The notes beneath the pieces are model-generated. The model saw nothing but the letters and a program-made list of their open reading frames with translations. It made no database searches and had not been told where the DNA came from. Shown here piece by piece: positions 1-10,739 of a stretch of DNA of 32,221 bases. The translations under genes and the position numbers were made by a program. Within the stretch, counting starts at the first letter, position 1; each line of letters opens with the position of its first letter. The stretch is taken from NCBI GenBank assembly GCA_019894975.1, contig JAGXNO010000041.1, positions 1 to 32,221 of the forward strand. Direction: 5' to 3'. Source of the stretch: Promethearchaeota archaeon (GTDB taxonomy: Archaea; Asgardarchaeota; Lokiarchaeia; Sigyniarchaeales; SOKP01).

Positions 1-1114
1 GTGCATCAGCATCAAGAACGTATGACTTCTTATCTGAATTTAATTTCTCTATTAAATTTATTAGTAAATTTTCAGATTCTTTTTGCACACCCAAGCCTGG
101 ACCGATAACTATAGCATTTGACCATTCAATTAATTCTGAGATCTCATCATATGATTTTATATCCAACCATTTCCCCGGGCTTGTTCTTACAATTATGTTA
201 GGAGAAAAATTTCTTATTACATCACCGACGACCTCAGGAACATATGTTATAACCAAATCTAATCCAAAATTAATCCCAGCTATCGAAGTATAAGCAGGAG
301 CACCAGAATAATTTATGGATCCTCCAATAACGAGCATTCTTCCAAAATTTCCCTTATGATTATCAACATCTCTAATTTTTAAGGTAGGGATTAAATCACC
401 AGTTCCCACAAATATAGTAGCTTCATAAGGAATTCCAATGGATCTAGTTACAATTTCATCAATATATTCACTATTAGTATCTAAACCTTTCTTAATTCGA
501 TGAAGTGATATAACTAAATCTGCTCTCACAGCTTTATGAAGGACTTCACCGGTATTCGGGTTCATTCCGGAAGGTAGATCAATTGATACAACTTTTACTC
601 CCCTTTCTCTTCTTAATCTATTGATTACATCGATAGCGGTTGATATTGGTTCTCTAATTTCTCCTGATACTCCTGTTCCTAATAACCCATCTATAATGAG
701 ACCTAAATCTTTGCTATTTTCACTCAACAATCTTATTTGTTCAATTTCAGTAGAGTCACGAATGATTAAGGTCTTAACCAAATGGTTTATATTGTTCCTA
801 ATTACTTTCCAATTAAACTGTGAGGCATGAGTTCTAATTTTTTCAGGACTTCCCACCAAAATTACTAAGGATTTAATATTAAATGCAGCTAATTGTCTTG
901 CTACTGCAAATCCATCTCCTCCATTATTTCCTGTCCCACAAAAAATTGCAACTGTAGATTTATCTTTGAGATTATATCTTTTTATAATTTCATCAGCAAT
1001 ACAATATCCGGCACATTCCATCAAATGAATTAAAGGAATTCCTAACCACTGGGCATTATTATCGGCAATAGCAACATCTTCAGCCGAAATTTTTTCAGAA
1101 TTAAATCTTTCCAT
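1..1114 (-). CDS. nnr: Bifunctional NAD(P)H-hydrate epimerase/dehydratase (YjeF_N + carbohydrate-kinase-like domain), 3' end runs off the window
   Basis: Not in the ORF track. Manual translation from ATG at 1114 gives MERFNSEKISAEDVAIADNNAQWLGIPLIHLMECAG...CGTGNNGGDG...IIDGLLGTG...SIDLPSG...HKGNFGRMLVIGGSINYSGAP...VIGPGLG...VLDADA, the canonical NnrE then NnrD motifs. Confidence 0.93.
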   Translation of the reverse strand, partial: MERFNSEKISAEDVAIADNNAQWLGIPLIHLMECAGYCIADEIIKRYNLKDKSTVAIFCGTGNNGGDGFAVARQLAAFNIKSLVILVGSPEKIRTHASQFNWKVIRNNINHLVKTLIIRDSTEIEQIRLLSENSKDLGLIIDGLLGTGVSGEIREPISTAIDVINRLRRERGVKVVSIDLPSGMNPNTGEVLHKAVRADLVISLHRIKKGLDTNSEYIDEIVTRSIGIPYEATIFVGTGDLIPTLKIRDVDNHKGNFGRMLVIGGSINYSGAPAYTSIAGINFGLDLVITYVPEVVGDVIRNFSPNIIVRTSPGKWLDIKSYDEISELIEWSNAIVIGPGLGVQKESENLLINLIEKLNSDKKSYVLDADA

Positions 1115-1197
1115 AACAATTAAACTTAGGAATCTGAACTAAAAAATATTATTTAATTAGAAGGATTATACTTCTTCAAAATTATACACTTTTAAAA

Positions 1198-2463
1198 ATG
1201 GATTTTAAAATGGATGCTCTGAAAGAAGATATTGATGAAGCTAAAAATAGACTGGAAGCCTGGTGGGACCATGAAATAATTGATCGTCCTGTTATTTCAT
1301 ACTATTTTCCTCGTAATGAACTGTCAATTGCGGCATTCATAGATATTATTTTTTTTAACTGGTACTTAGCTAAAAATCCTGATGGAATAGAAAAAGCAGT
1401 CACTAGTTTCGAATCACGAGCACAACACTTAAATTATGGTGGAGAAAGTATTCCCTCTTTTATTCCTTATTATGGTGCAGGAATTATCGCAGCAGTTTTT
1501 GGGGCTGTCTCGAAATTTCAATCTCAAACTGTTTGGTTAAGCCGACCTACGTCTCCAAATGATATAGTTGCATTACTTGAAAATGTCAAGTTAAACGCTG
1601 ATAATCTATGGTACTCTCGATTACTACGAATAACTGAACACGCTGCCAAACAATCTCATGGCAACTATCAAGTTTCAGTTACCGATTTAGGGGGAATTTT
1701 AGACATTTTATCCTCTTTCCTTGGCCCTAAAGAGGTAATACTAACAATGAAGCGACGTCCTGACATTATTGATACCTGTCGAGAAATTTTATTGGAGAAA
1801 ACTCTGAAGATCTATGATGACCTTCAAAATATAATTAGTAAATATAATGATGGATGTAATGCATGGCTCAATGTTTGGAATAAAAAACGATGGTACCCCA
1901 TCCAATGTGATTTTTGTGCAATGCTCAATCCTACATGGTTTAAACGATTTGCCTTGCCAGATATTATCGCTCAAGCAGCTCATATGGATTATTCAATATA
2001 CCATTTAGATGGTCCTAATGCTTTAGTACATTTGGATGATTTGCTTTCTATACCAGAGCTTACAGGAATACAATGGGTTCCTGGGGATGGTAGAGAACCT
2101 ATGGGTCATGAGAAGTGGTATCCCGTATATAAAAAAATTCAAGCGGTAGGGAAAAATATTGTTAATACCGTAACACCTGCCCGTCTTTCCACGATGTATC
2201 GAAATTTTGATCCTAAAGGATTATTTCTTCGATCAGTGTTTTTTGATAAGGATTTTACAGACTTTTATTTACCAACTTTTATAGCTGGGGATGGAGGAAG
2301 GATTATAGAAAAAGGAATAGAATGGGGAGAAAATAAAAATCTTATGAGTAAAACAGATTTTAATACCTTTATACAGAACAATGAAATGCAAATTGAAAAC
2401 ATGAATCTTGATAAATTACATCAAGAAATCAACCGAAAATTAAAGAAAAATAAAAAGGAGTGA
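1198..2463 (+). CDS. Uroporphyrinogen decarboxylase/methyltransferase-like (URO-D superfamily) TIM-barrel protein
   Basis: N-terminal AWWDHEIIDRP, TDLGGILDILSS, IQCDFCAMLNP, YHLDGP, IQWVPG motifs typical of uncharacterised UroD/MtaA-like proteins of anaerobes. Confidence 0.7.
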   Translation: MDFKMDALKEDIDEAKNRLEAWWDHEIIDRPVISYYFPRNELSIAAFIDIIFFNWYLAKNPDGIEKAVTSFESRAQHLNYGGESIPSFIPYYGAGIIAAVFGAVSKFQSQTVWLSRPTSPNDIVALLENVKLNADNLWYSRLLRITEHAAKQSHGNYQVSVTDLGGILDILSSFLGPKEVILTMKRRPDIIDTCREILLEKTLKIYDDLQNIISKYNDGCNAWLNVWNKKRWYPIQCDFCAMLNPTWFKRFALPDIIAQAAHMDYSIYHLDGPNALVHLDDLLSIPELTGIQWVPGDGREPMGHEKWYPVYKKIQAVGKNIVNTVTPARLSTMYRNFDPKGLFLRSVFFDKDFTDFYLPTFIAGDGGRIIEKGIEWGENKNLMSKTDFNTFIQNNEMQIENMNLDKLHQEINRKLKKNKKE

Positions 2464-3647
2464 GGATAGGAATCATGTCAGATTTAGATTTAAATGATTA
2501 TGTGAAATCCATACATGATGATATAATAACTCTCGACGCTCACCTTGATATTGAAGTAACATTCCTCACGCCTGAAAAAGCAGATGAGATCGAATATGAA
2601 AAATTTGCAAGTTTGAAGAAGATGGATGATGGACGTCTTGATGGTGCCTTTTTTGCCGCCTATGTTCAGCAAGGGGCATTAACGGATCTCGGATATAGAA
2701 AGGCTTTCAACACAGTGGCTAAAAAGATTGATCAAATCCATCAAACTCATAATAGCATGATTGATAAAGTTGGAATAGCATATCATCCTAAAGATGTATT
2801 TTCAATAAATAAAACTGGCAAAAAATTTGCCATCATTGCGATTGAAAACGGTTATGCTATTGGAGACGAAATATTGAACATTGAAAGATTCTTTAAAATG
2901 GGTGTTCTATACATTACTTTATCCCATATTGGTCATAATCAGATATGTGATTCTAATCTCAACCCACAAGGATCAGATACCTTTCACAACGGACTTAGCA
3001 ATTTTGGTAAGGAAGTAGTTCTAGAAATGAATAGGCTTGGTATGATAATTGATGTTGCTCACATATCTAAACAATCAGTTTTGGATGTAATTTCCCTTTC
3101 TAAAGTCCCTGTGTTGTGTTCTCATTGTGGTATAAAATCAATAGGTGGTGTGGGGAATGTGTGGGATGACGAACAACTTGATGCCTTAAAAACAAATGGC
3201 GGGGTAATTAATATAGTTGGATTAAATAGAGCAATCAAATCAGTATCGGAAGAAAAATTACATGAAATCGACAACCTTAGAGAAGAATTTAAATTTCCTA
3301 TTGAATTTTGGGCTTTTTTTAATGCTTTTGATATCGCTCCTGAAGATAAACGTTCAGCTTATTATCAAAAATTAAGTGAAATAGATAAAAAATATCCAAA
3401 TGCAAATGTCCATGACTACGTTGATCATATCGATTATGTTGTATCCCGAATTGGTATCGATTTTGTTGGGATAAGTTCTGATTTTTATGAACATACATAC
3501 TGTCTTGATGGATGGAAAGATGTAAGTGAAAATTTAAATGTTACCAGAGAACTGTTAAATAGAGGTTATTCTAAAAAGGATATTGAGAAAGTTTGGAGTG
3601 GCAATATCATAGAAACATGGAAAAGAGTAGAAGAAGGGGCATCATAG
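2460..3647 (+). CDS. Membrane/renal dipeptidase family (peptidase M19); start may be the ATG at 2475
   Basis: DAHLD metal motif, IENG, YITLSH.GHNQICDS, GLSNFGKEVVLEMNRLGMIIDVAH, CSH, DHIDYVV..IGIDFVGISSDF. Confidence 0.9.
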   Translation: MRIGIMSDLDLNDYVKSIHDDIITLDAHLDIEVTFLTPEKADEIEYEKFASLKKMDDGRLDGAFFAAYVQQGALTDLGYRKAFNTVAKKIDQIHQTHNSMIDKVGIAYHPKDVFSINKTGKKFAIIAIENGYAIGDEILNIERFFKMGVLYITLSHIGHNQICDSNLNPQGSDTFHNGLSNFGKEVVLEMNRLGMIIDVAHISKQSVLDVISLSKVPVLCSHCGIKSIGGVGNVWDDEQLDALKTNGGVINIVGLNRAIKSVSEEKLHEIDNLREEFKFPIEFWAFFNAFDIAPEDKRSAYYQKLSEIDKKYPNANVHDYVDHIDYVVSRIGIDFVGISSDFYEHTYCLDGWKDVSENLNVTRELLNRGYSKKDIEKVWSGNIIETWKRVEEGAS

Positions 3648-3682
3648 AATTAATAAAACCTTGATTTAACAGTTAAACCATC

Positions 3683-3766
3683 AATTCCAATTTTATAATA
3701 CAAATTTTAAACTCTAAAATTATTCCTTTCTATCTGTAACCAAATGTTCTTTACTCCAATTTTTAT
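3683..3766 (-). pseudogene. Degenerate C-terminal fragment of a GNAT acetyltransferase paralogous to 14683-15468
   Basis: Minus-strand frame reads IKIGVKNIWLQIERNNFRV*NLYYKIGI versus IKEAVKNIWLQVEINNKKALNLYYKIAM in the intact GNAT. In-frame TAA replaces a Leu codon, and no intact upstream frame is present. Confidence 0.75.
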
Positions 3767-3990
3767 TTTCCTCCTTTTATACAACTTTGGCATAGTTTTG
3801 AATTTCTTTTTTCTCACGGGATAAAGCGGAACTTTGGATAAAATATATATGGGTTTTGTGATGAACAAACATTGTTAACTATTACCATAATAAATCCAAA
3901 AAACTTTGGTTAGAAGTTAAAAAACATGTGTTTGGTCATTGGGATTCCTAACAATCTAATATAAAAAAAATAATATTTTTAATCTGTATC

Positions 3991-6900
3991 ATGATAAAAA
4001 AAAAAAGATCTTCTCGACTACCATTTTTTAAATCAAAAAGGTTGCAGAAAACCTTCTTCATATTTTTAATTATAATTAGTTCTGCTTCATCCTCATTTAT
4101 TTATAATAATCTTCTGAATATTTTTCAAAGTAACGAAATACGGGGAGATCACCTGATTAAAACATCTTCGGCTCCCGTTATTTCAGTCAATTCACCCGCA
4201 AATTATACATTATATGGGAAAATCGCACCAAACTTTTCTATTACCATTACTGGGGGACCAGGTAACTATTCTTGGTATGAATTCTTAGAAACTGGTGAAA
4301 ATTCTACTCTTTTCGAATTGAGTGGACTTTTAAATGAGGATGTTAATGAAACTTTTGATCAAAATTTATGGGATAACTTAAGTAATGGAACTGTTACTAT
4401 TAGATTCTATGCAAATGATTCTTCAAATGCAATTGGTTATATTGATGCCATTATTAGACTTGATATAATTGCGCCTGGAACTCCAAACTCTTTAGCAGCT
4501 ACACCCTCGTTATGGACTAATCTTAACAGTTTTAATATAACATGGTCAAATCCCTCTGAACCTTCTGGCATAGTAGGTGCCTATTATAAATTAGATGAAG
4601 CTCCAATGGCAGATGATGATGGAACTTATGTTGCAGGGATGGATATTGAGTCTATTCTAAATGTTTCAGTATCAACGGAAGGGAAACATGATATTTACGT
4701 ATGGTTAGTGGATACTGTTGGAAATGTTGATTATAACACCTATGCCTCAACAGAATTAAAATTGGATAGTGAAGATCCTATAAAACCAACCTCACTAGTA
4801 GCAACACCATCTTCCTGGACCAATCTTGATAGTTTTAATATAACATGGTCAAATCCGTCTGATACATCAGGAATAGTTGGTGCGTATTATAAATTGGATG
4901 CTACACCTATTACTGATGATGATGGGGCCTATGTTGCGGGATCAGATATCGAATCATTGATAGATATCCAAGTATCAGCAGAAGGTATGCATGATATTTA
5001 TGTATGGTTGGTCGATGATGCAGGAAATATTAATTACAGTGCTTATGAATCAGCGCAATTGTATTTAGATTCTAATAATCCTAATACACCAAGTATGTTA
5101 GAAGCAACACCATCGTCTTGGACTAGCCTTGATAGTTTTAATATAACATGGATAAATCCTTCTGACACATCAGGAATAGTTGGTGCGTACTATAAATTGG
5201 ATGCTACACCTATTGCCGATGATGATGGGACCTATATTGCGGGATCAGATATCGAATCGATATTAGGTATTCAAGTATCAACAGAAGGTATGCATGATAT
5301 TTATGTATGGTTGATCGATGATGCAAATAATATTAACTATAGTGCCTATGAATCGACGCAATTATACTTAGACTCATTTGCCCCTACTGCACCAAGTATG
5401 TTAGAAGCAACACCATCCTCCTGGACCAATCTTGATAGTTTTAATATAACATGGTCAAATCCGTCAGATACATCAGGAATAGTTGGTGCGTACTATAAAT
5501 TGGATGCTGCACCCATTGCTGATGATGATGGGACTTATGTTGCGGGATCAGATATCGAATCATTGATAGATATCCAAGTATCAACAGAAGGCATACATGA
5601 TATTTATGTATGGTTGGTCGATGATGTAAATAATATTAACTATAGTGCCTACGAATCGACGCAATTATACTTAGACTCATTTGCCCCTACTGCACCAAGT
5701 ATGTTAGAAGCAATACCATCCTCCTGGACCAATCTTGATAGTTTTAATATAACATGGATAAATCCTTCTGATACATCAGGAATCGTTGGTGCATACTATA
5801 AATTGGATGCTACCCCTATTGCCGATGATGATGGGACCTATGTTGCGGGATCAGATATCGAATCGATATTAGATATCCAAGTATCAACAGAAGGTATGCA
5901 TGATATTTATGTATGGTTGGTCGATAATGTAAATAATGTTAACTATAGTGCCTACGAGTCGACACAACTATTTTTAGATACGACAGATCCTTCTAAAGTG
6001 AGCTCTTTAGTAGCCAATCCTGTTTCATGGACGAACATTGACAGTTTTAATGTAACTTGGTCAAATCCCTCAGACACATCAGGAGTAATCGGTGCGTACT
6101 ATAAATTAGATGCTGCTCCTATTGCAGATGATGATGGTACTTATGTAGCAGGAACAGATATCGAATCATTGATAGATATCCAAGTATCAACAGAAGGTAT
6201 GCATGATATTTATGTATGGTTGGTCGATGATGCAAATAATATTAACTATAGTGCCTACGAATCAACACAATTATATCTTGATACCATACAACCAATTATA
6301 ATTGATTCTCAACCAGGAGATGATGGATTGCGTGACTCTGGAGGTACAACATATAATATTGACTTTTCGGATAACACTCCTTCATCAAATTTAGATTATG
6401 CCCAATATAGAATTACTACTGAAGCGGCACAAGGAGGAGTTGTTTTGAAAGACTGGACGAATATTTTTACATATCTTGGAACCACAGATTATACCATGGA
6501 TTGGTCAATTGATTTTAGTGTCTGTCAAGAGGGGATAAATTTTGTATCAGTACGAGTCTATGACATGGTAGGAAATATTGCTCTCTTAAATGATGCTTTT
6601 TATGTAAAAAAAGATACAATTGATCCAACTGTTATAGTTAATTCTCCTTTAAATAATACATATTGGAATACACCTCCTCCGATCAATATAACTGTTTTTG
6701 AACCAAATGCAGGATCTTCAACATACACTATACCCGGGACCCCACTACTACCTAATTGGTTAGATAACAACACAGAAGAACTATTAGATGGAGATACATG
6801 GGATATTTTACCTCAAGGACAATTTCAGATTGTTATTACGAGTTTTGATAGTCTAGGGCATGAGACTACGGTTGTTTTAACGCTATACAAAGATACTAAT

Positions 6901-9900
6901 GCACCGATTTTGTCTATTAATACTCCCACAAATAATACGTATTGGAATTTACGTCCTTCTTTTAATCTTACCGCGTTTGATCCAAATTTTGATTCTATTT
7001 GGTATAGTGTTAATAATATAAATATAACCATGTCAAATAACACTCTGGAACAATTGAATTTATCAATTTGGAATTCACTTCCTGGGGAAGGGGATTTCCA
7101 AGTTCAATTTTATGCGAATGACACCTTTGGTCATATAAATGACACATTCATACTAACACTCTATAAAGATATAACAACTCCAGATTTAATTATAAATTCT
7201 CCATATAATGACACCTATTGGAAATTTCCCCCAACCATCAGAGTTACAGTGACAGATTCTTATCTTCATACATTATGGTATCAAGTTGGAACTACTAATG
7301 TGGTTTTAGCAAATAATACTGATCAACCGTTAGATACTAGCATATGGGATCTTTTACCAGAAGAAGATGGATTTGAAATTCAATTTTATGCTAATGACTC
7401 TTCTGGGAATTTAAATGATATCTATATATTAAAACTCTATAAAGATGTTAGAAATCCCTCAATATCCATTGATAGTCCGAAAACAAACGGATTGTACGGA
7501 GATATTGCACCAAATTTTTATATTTCTATAATTGAAGATAATTTAAACCAGACTTGGTATACCTTAGATAACGGAACGACAAATTATATATTTTCAGGAT
7601 TAAGTGGACTAATAAACCAAACAGAATGGGATAATTTTGGTAATGGGAATGTAACAATCGGGTTTTATGCTAATGATACTTTGGGTAATCTAGGTTTTAA
7701 GGAAGTTACGGTTAGAAAAAACATAGACGCTCCAATTATCACTATAATCTCACCCGATGAAAATGATTTATTTGGTGTTGAAGCTCCAAATTTTACAATT
7801 TATAAATCAGGACTTGTATTAAACACTACCTGGTATACATTAGATGGTGGATTGACTAATTATACTTTTTATGGATTAAATGGAACAATAAATCAAACTG
7901 CTTGGGATCTTTTTGATTTTGAAAATGTCATTTTAATCTTTTACATAAATGATTCCCTTGGAAAAATAGGTTTTGATGAGGTGACAATTAGAAAAGATCC
8001 TGATCCCCCAGAAATTACAATTGATTTCATAAGCCCTGACAAAAATGATGAGTATTGTTCTGAGGCACCAGAGTTTAGAGTATATGTAAATGAACCAAAC
8101 CTTCAAAGGATATGGTATAGAGTGGGGATTACAGAGATATTGATATTAAGTAATACAGATATTACGCTTAATGGCTCAATTTGGGATGTCCTTCCTCAAG
8201 GGAAGTTTATAATCGAGATTTTCGCGGAAGATAAACTAGGATATATAAATGATCCTCTTAATTTGACTTTTTATAAAGACACTCTTGCCCCCCTATTAAT
8301 TGTAAATGCCCCATATGATCAGACTTACTATAATTCCCCCCCAGCGATTAACATCACTGTTTTTGACCCAAATTTTAACTCCCTTACTTATACTGTTGTA
8401 GGACATCTTCCAGGGAATAACTGGTTAGAAAATAATACTGCAGAATTAATAAATATAGATATATGGGATGATCTACCTCAAGGAGAGTTTCTTGTCAGTA
8501 TTACAGCTTACGATGAATTTGGTCATCTTAATGACACTTATATTTTGACATTATACAAAGATACTTTAGCACCGGTATTAGAAATCATTTTACCTGAGGG
8601 ATATTCGTCTTATAATTCTCCACCTCTTTTTAAGATAACTTCTGACGATCCTAATCTTCAATCTATGTGGTATAAAGTAGATGGGTCAATTTCAATTGAT
8701 TTCTTTAACAATACTGAACAAATACTCGATTCTTCAATATGGGATAGCATAACTGAAGGAGATTTTACTATAGAATTTTATGCTAATGATAGTTTTGGGT
8801 ATACTTGTCTTGCTGTAAATATAACTCTAAATAAAGATATAACAATACCTACCATAACTATCATTTCTCCAAATAACAATACTTACTATTCTGCGTCACC
8901 TAGTATGAATATATTAGCATCTGATGTAAATCTTGATAGTATTTGGTATAGTGTCATGGGTACTAAAATAATTCTTCTCTCTGGTCCAGAACCGCTAGAT
9001 ACAAATATTTGGGATAATTTACCTCAAGGAGAATTTCAAGTTCTAATTTTTGCAAACGATTCTGCAGGAAATTTAAATAATTCTTATACTCTTACTCTCT
9101 ATAAAGATACATTAGCACCATTAATAACTGTCAATTCACCCTACAACAATACCTATTGGAATTCAAGACCAATTCTTAATATAACGGCAATTGATCCGAA
9201 TTTATTATCACTTAGTTATAAAGTACTTGAATATTCATTAGTATTGCCAAACAATATAGATGTGTTATTGAATTCTTTTGTTTGGTCTCAAGTATCAGAA
9301 GGGACGTTTATTATAGAGATTATTGCAGAAGATTCTCTTGGTAATATAAATAATTCCGTGAAAATTACATTAGTTAAAGATACTTATGCACCAGAGATAA
9401 ATATTAGTTTACCTCAACCAAATGAACTATTTGGGGCTATTGCGCCAAATTTTGAAATTTCTATGATCGAACCTTATCTCAATAGTACGTGGTATACTCT
9501 AATTGGTGAATCGCAAAGTTTTGTATTTAACAGTTCTACCGGGACAATTAACCAAACAGAATGGGATAAATTTGGTAATGGAACTGTCACTATTCGGTTT
9601 ATGGCAAATGATCTAGCAGGGAATTTAGGTTACAAAGATATTACCGTAAGAAAAAATATTTTTGCTCCTATTATCACTATCAGTTCTCCTGGACATGATG
9701 ATATATTTGGGATAAATTCCCCTGATTTTGTAATATATAAATCTGGATCTGAAATTCAAGAAACGTGGTATACATTAGATAATGGTTTAACGAATTACAC
9801 ATTTTCAGGATTAAGTGGATTCATTAATCAAACCGCATGGGATAATTTTGGTTATGAAAGCGTCACCATTAAGTTTTATCTCAATGATTCAATAGGAAAG

Positions 9901-10701
9901 ATTGGATATGATGAGGTGCTAGTAAATAAAGACCCAAATCCACCAACAATCATTGTGAATTCTCCTCTTAATCAAACGTATTATGCTTCCGCGCCATTTA
10001 TTAATATTACAATTATAGAACCAAATTTACATAGAGTTTGGTATGTAGTCAATTCTATAATAATTGATATAACAGATAATTTCACACAAAATTTTGACTC
10101 TTTTATATGGAATAATTTATCTCAAGGATTATTTATAGTGAAACTTTATGCTAATGACACTTTAGGTAATCTGAATAATTTATTTGAGCTATCTCTATTG
10201 AAAGATACTATAGGACCCAATATCACAATACTTCTACCACATGAAAATCAGAAGGTTGATAGAAATAATCCTTTTTTTGAACTTATTCTTTTTGATATAA
10301 ATGATATAGATCTCTCTTGGTACACTATTGAAGGAAGTCCCCCCATTCCATTTACGGGTACTATAGGCAGAATTGATAAGGATCTATGGGAAAATATTTG
10401 GGATAACCTAACCAGAGGAGCTAGCATGACCATTAGATTCTATTCATCTGATAAACTTGGAAATATAAATTACAAGGATATTACTGTGATCAAATATCAA
10501 CCCGTTGGTGATATTATCTCTAATCCAATAGGATTTATTTCATCAACTGTAGGTGTTATGGCAATGATTCCCATTACCGTGAAATTAACTAGAAGCCGGT
10601 ATTACGAGAAATTAAACAAGAAGGAGAAAAGTAAGCTTAAAAAAGTTTTAGTTGCTGCTTTTCTCACATTATCTGTAACAGCTATATTTTTTGCTTTTTA
10701 G
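3991..10701 (+). CDS. Giant cell-surface glycoprotein/adhesin-like protein with tandem Ig/FnIII-like domains, N-terminal signal/anchor and C-terminal two-helix membrane anchor
   Basis: Basic + hydrophobic N-terminus; six 101-aa repeats; about 15 ~90-aa repeats (P.I.I.SP...Y....P.....WY...W..L..G...I..YAND..GN); many N-x-S/T sequons; two hydrophobic C-terminal segments around a Lys-rich linker. Confidence 0.85.
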   Translation: MIKKKRSSRLPFFKSKRLQKTFFIFLIIISSASSSFIYNNLLNIFQSNEIRGDHLIKTSSAPVISVNSPANYTLYGKIAPNFSITITGGPGNYSWYEFLETGENSTLFELSGLLNEDVNETFDQNLWDNLSNGTVTIRFYANDSSNAIGYIDAIIRLDIIAPGTPNSLAATPSLWTNLNSFNITWSNPSEPSGIVGAYYKLDEAPMADDDGTYVAGMDIESILNVSVSTEGKHDIYVWLVDTVGNVDYNTYASTELKLDSEDPIKPTSLVATPSSWTNLDSFNITWSNPSDTSGIVGAYYKLDATPITDDDGAYVAGSDIESLIDIQVSAEGMHDIYVWLVDDAGNINYSAYESAQLYLDSNNPNTPSMLEATPSSWTSLDSFNITWINPSDTSGIVGAYYKLDATPIADDDGTYIAGSDIESILGIQVSTEGMHDIYVWLIDDANNINYSAYESTQLYLDSFAPTAPSMLEATPSSWTNLDSFNITWSNPSDTSGIVGAYYKLDAAPIADDDGTYVAGSDIESLIDIQVSTEGIHDIYVWLVDDVNNINYSAYESTQLYLDSFAPTAPSMLEAIPSSWTNLDSFNITWINPSDTSGIVGAYYKLDATPIADDDGTYVAGSDIESILDIQVSTEGMHDIYVWLVDNVNNVNYSAYESTQLFLDTTDPSKVSSLVANPVSWTNIDSFNVTWSNPSDTSGVIGAYYKLDAAPIADDDGTYVAGTDIESLIDIQVSTEGMHDIYVWLVDDANNINYSAYESTQLYLDTIQPIIIDSQPGDDGLRDSGGTTYNIDFSDNTPSSNLDYAQYRITTEAAQGGVVLKDWTNIFTYLGTTDYTMDWSIDFSVCQEGINFVSVRVYDMVGNIALLNDAFYVKKDTIDPTVIVNSPLNNTYWNTPPPINITVFEPNAGSSTYTIPGTPLLPNWLDNNTEELLDGDTWDILPQGQFQIVITSFDSLGHETTVVLTLYKDTNAPILSINTPTNNTYWNLRPSFNLTAFDPNFDSIWYSVNNINITMSNNTLEQLNLSIWNSLPGEGDFQVQFYANDTFGHINDTFILTLYKDITTPDLIINSPYNDTYWKFPPTIRVTVTDSYLHTLWYQVGTTNVVLANNTDQPLDTSIWDLLPEEDGFEIQFYANDSSGNLNDIYILKLYKDVRNPSISIDSPKTNGLYGDIAPNFYISIIEDNLNQTWYTLDNGTTNYIFSGLSGLINQTEWDNFGNGNVTIGFYANDTLGNLGFKEVTVRKNIDAPIITIISPDENDLFGVEAPNFTIYKSGLVLNTTWYTLDGGLTNYTFYGLNGTINQTAWDLFDFENVILIFYINDSLGKIGFDEVTIRKDPDPPEITIDFISPDKNDEYCSEAPEFRVYVNEPNLQRIWYRVGITEILILSNTDITLNGSIWDVLPQGKFIIEIFAEDKLGYINDPLNLTFYKDTLAPLLIVNAPYDQTYYNSPPAINITVFDPNFNSLTYTVVGHLPGNNWLENNTAELINIDIWDDLPQGEFLVSITAYDEFGHLNDTYILTLYKDTLAPVLEIILPEGYSSYNSPPLFKITSDDPNLQSMWYKVDGSISIDFFNNTEQILDSSIWDSITEGDFTIEFYANDSFGYTCLAVNITLNKDITIPTITIISPNNNTYYSASPSMNILASDVNLDSIWYSVMGTKIILLSGPEPLDTNIWDNLPQGEFQVLIFANDSAGNLNNSYTLTLYKDTLAPLITVNSPYNNTYWNSRPILNITAIDPNLLSLSYKVLEYSLVLPNNIDVLLNSFVWSQVSEGTFIIEIIAEDSLGNINNSVKITLVKDTYAPEINISLPQPNELFGAIAPNFEISMIEPYLNSTWYTLIGESQSFVFNSSTGTINQTEWDKFGNGTVTIRFMANDLAGNLGYKDITVRKNIFAPIITISSPGHDDIFGINSPDFVIYKSGSEIQETWYTLDNGLTNYTFSGLSGFINQTAWDNFGYESVTIKFYLNDSIGKIGYDEVLVNKDPNPPTIIVNSPLNQTYYASAPFINITIIEPNLHRVWYVVNSIIIDITDNFTQNFDSFIWNNLSQGLFIVKLYANDTLGNLNNLFELSLLKDTIGPNITILLPHENQKVDRNNPFFELILFDINDIDLSWYTIEGSPPIPFTGTIGRIDKDLWENIWDNLTRGASMTIRFYSSDKLGNINYKDITVIKYQPVGDIISNPIGFISSTVGVMAMIPITVKLTRSRYYEKLNKKEKSKLKKVLVAAFLTLSVTAIFFAF
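4462..6279 (+). repeat. Six tandem intragenic 303-bp (101-aa) repeats
   Basis: Equivalent codons recur at 4501, 4804, 5107, 5410, 5713, 6016 (exact 303-bp period). Inner copies are near-identical at DNA level (..SFNITWSNPSDTSGIVGAYYKLDA.P.ADDDGTYVAGSDIES..). Confidence 0.97.
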
Positions 10702-10739
10702 TGTTACTATTAATTTTTTGAGATCTTGGTAGATCTCTC

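Noticed and set aside
621-830. 69-aa plus-strand ORF
   Set aside because: Antisense shadow of the nnr gene.
3777-3872. 31-aa minus-strand ORF MFVHHKTH...
   Set aside because: Only a weak FVH echo of the GNAT motif; not supportable as a gene.
4462-6279. Regular repeats as a CRISPR array or diversity-generating retroelement
   Set aside because: In-frame 303-bp coding units without unique spacers; no cas or reverse transcriptase gene; differences are not adenine-specific.
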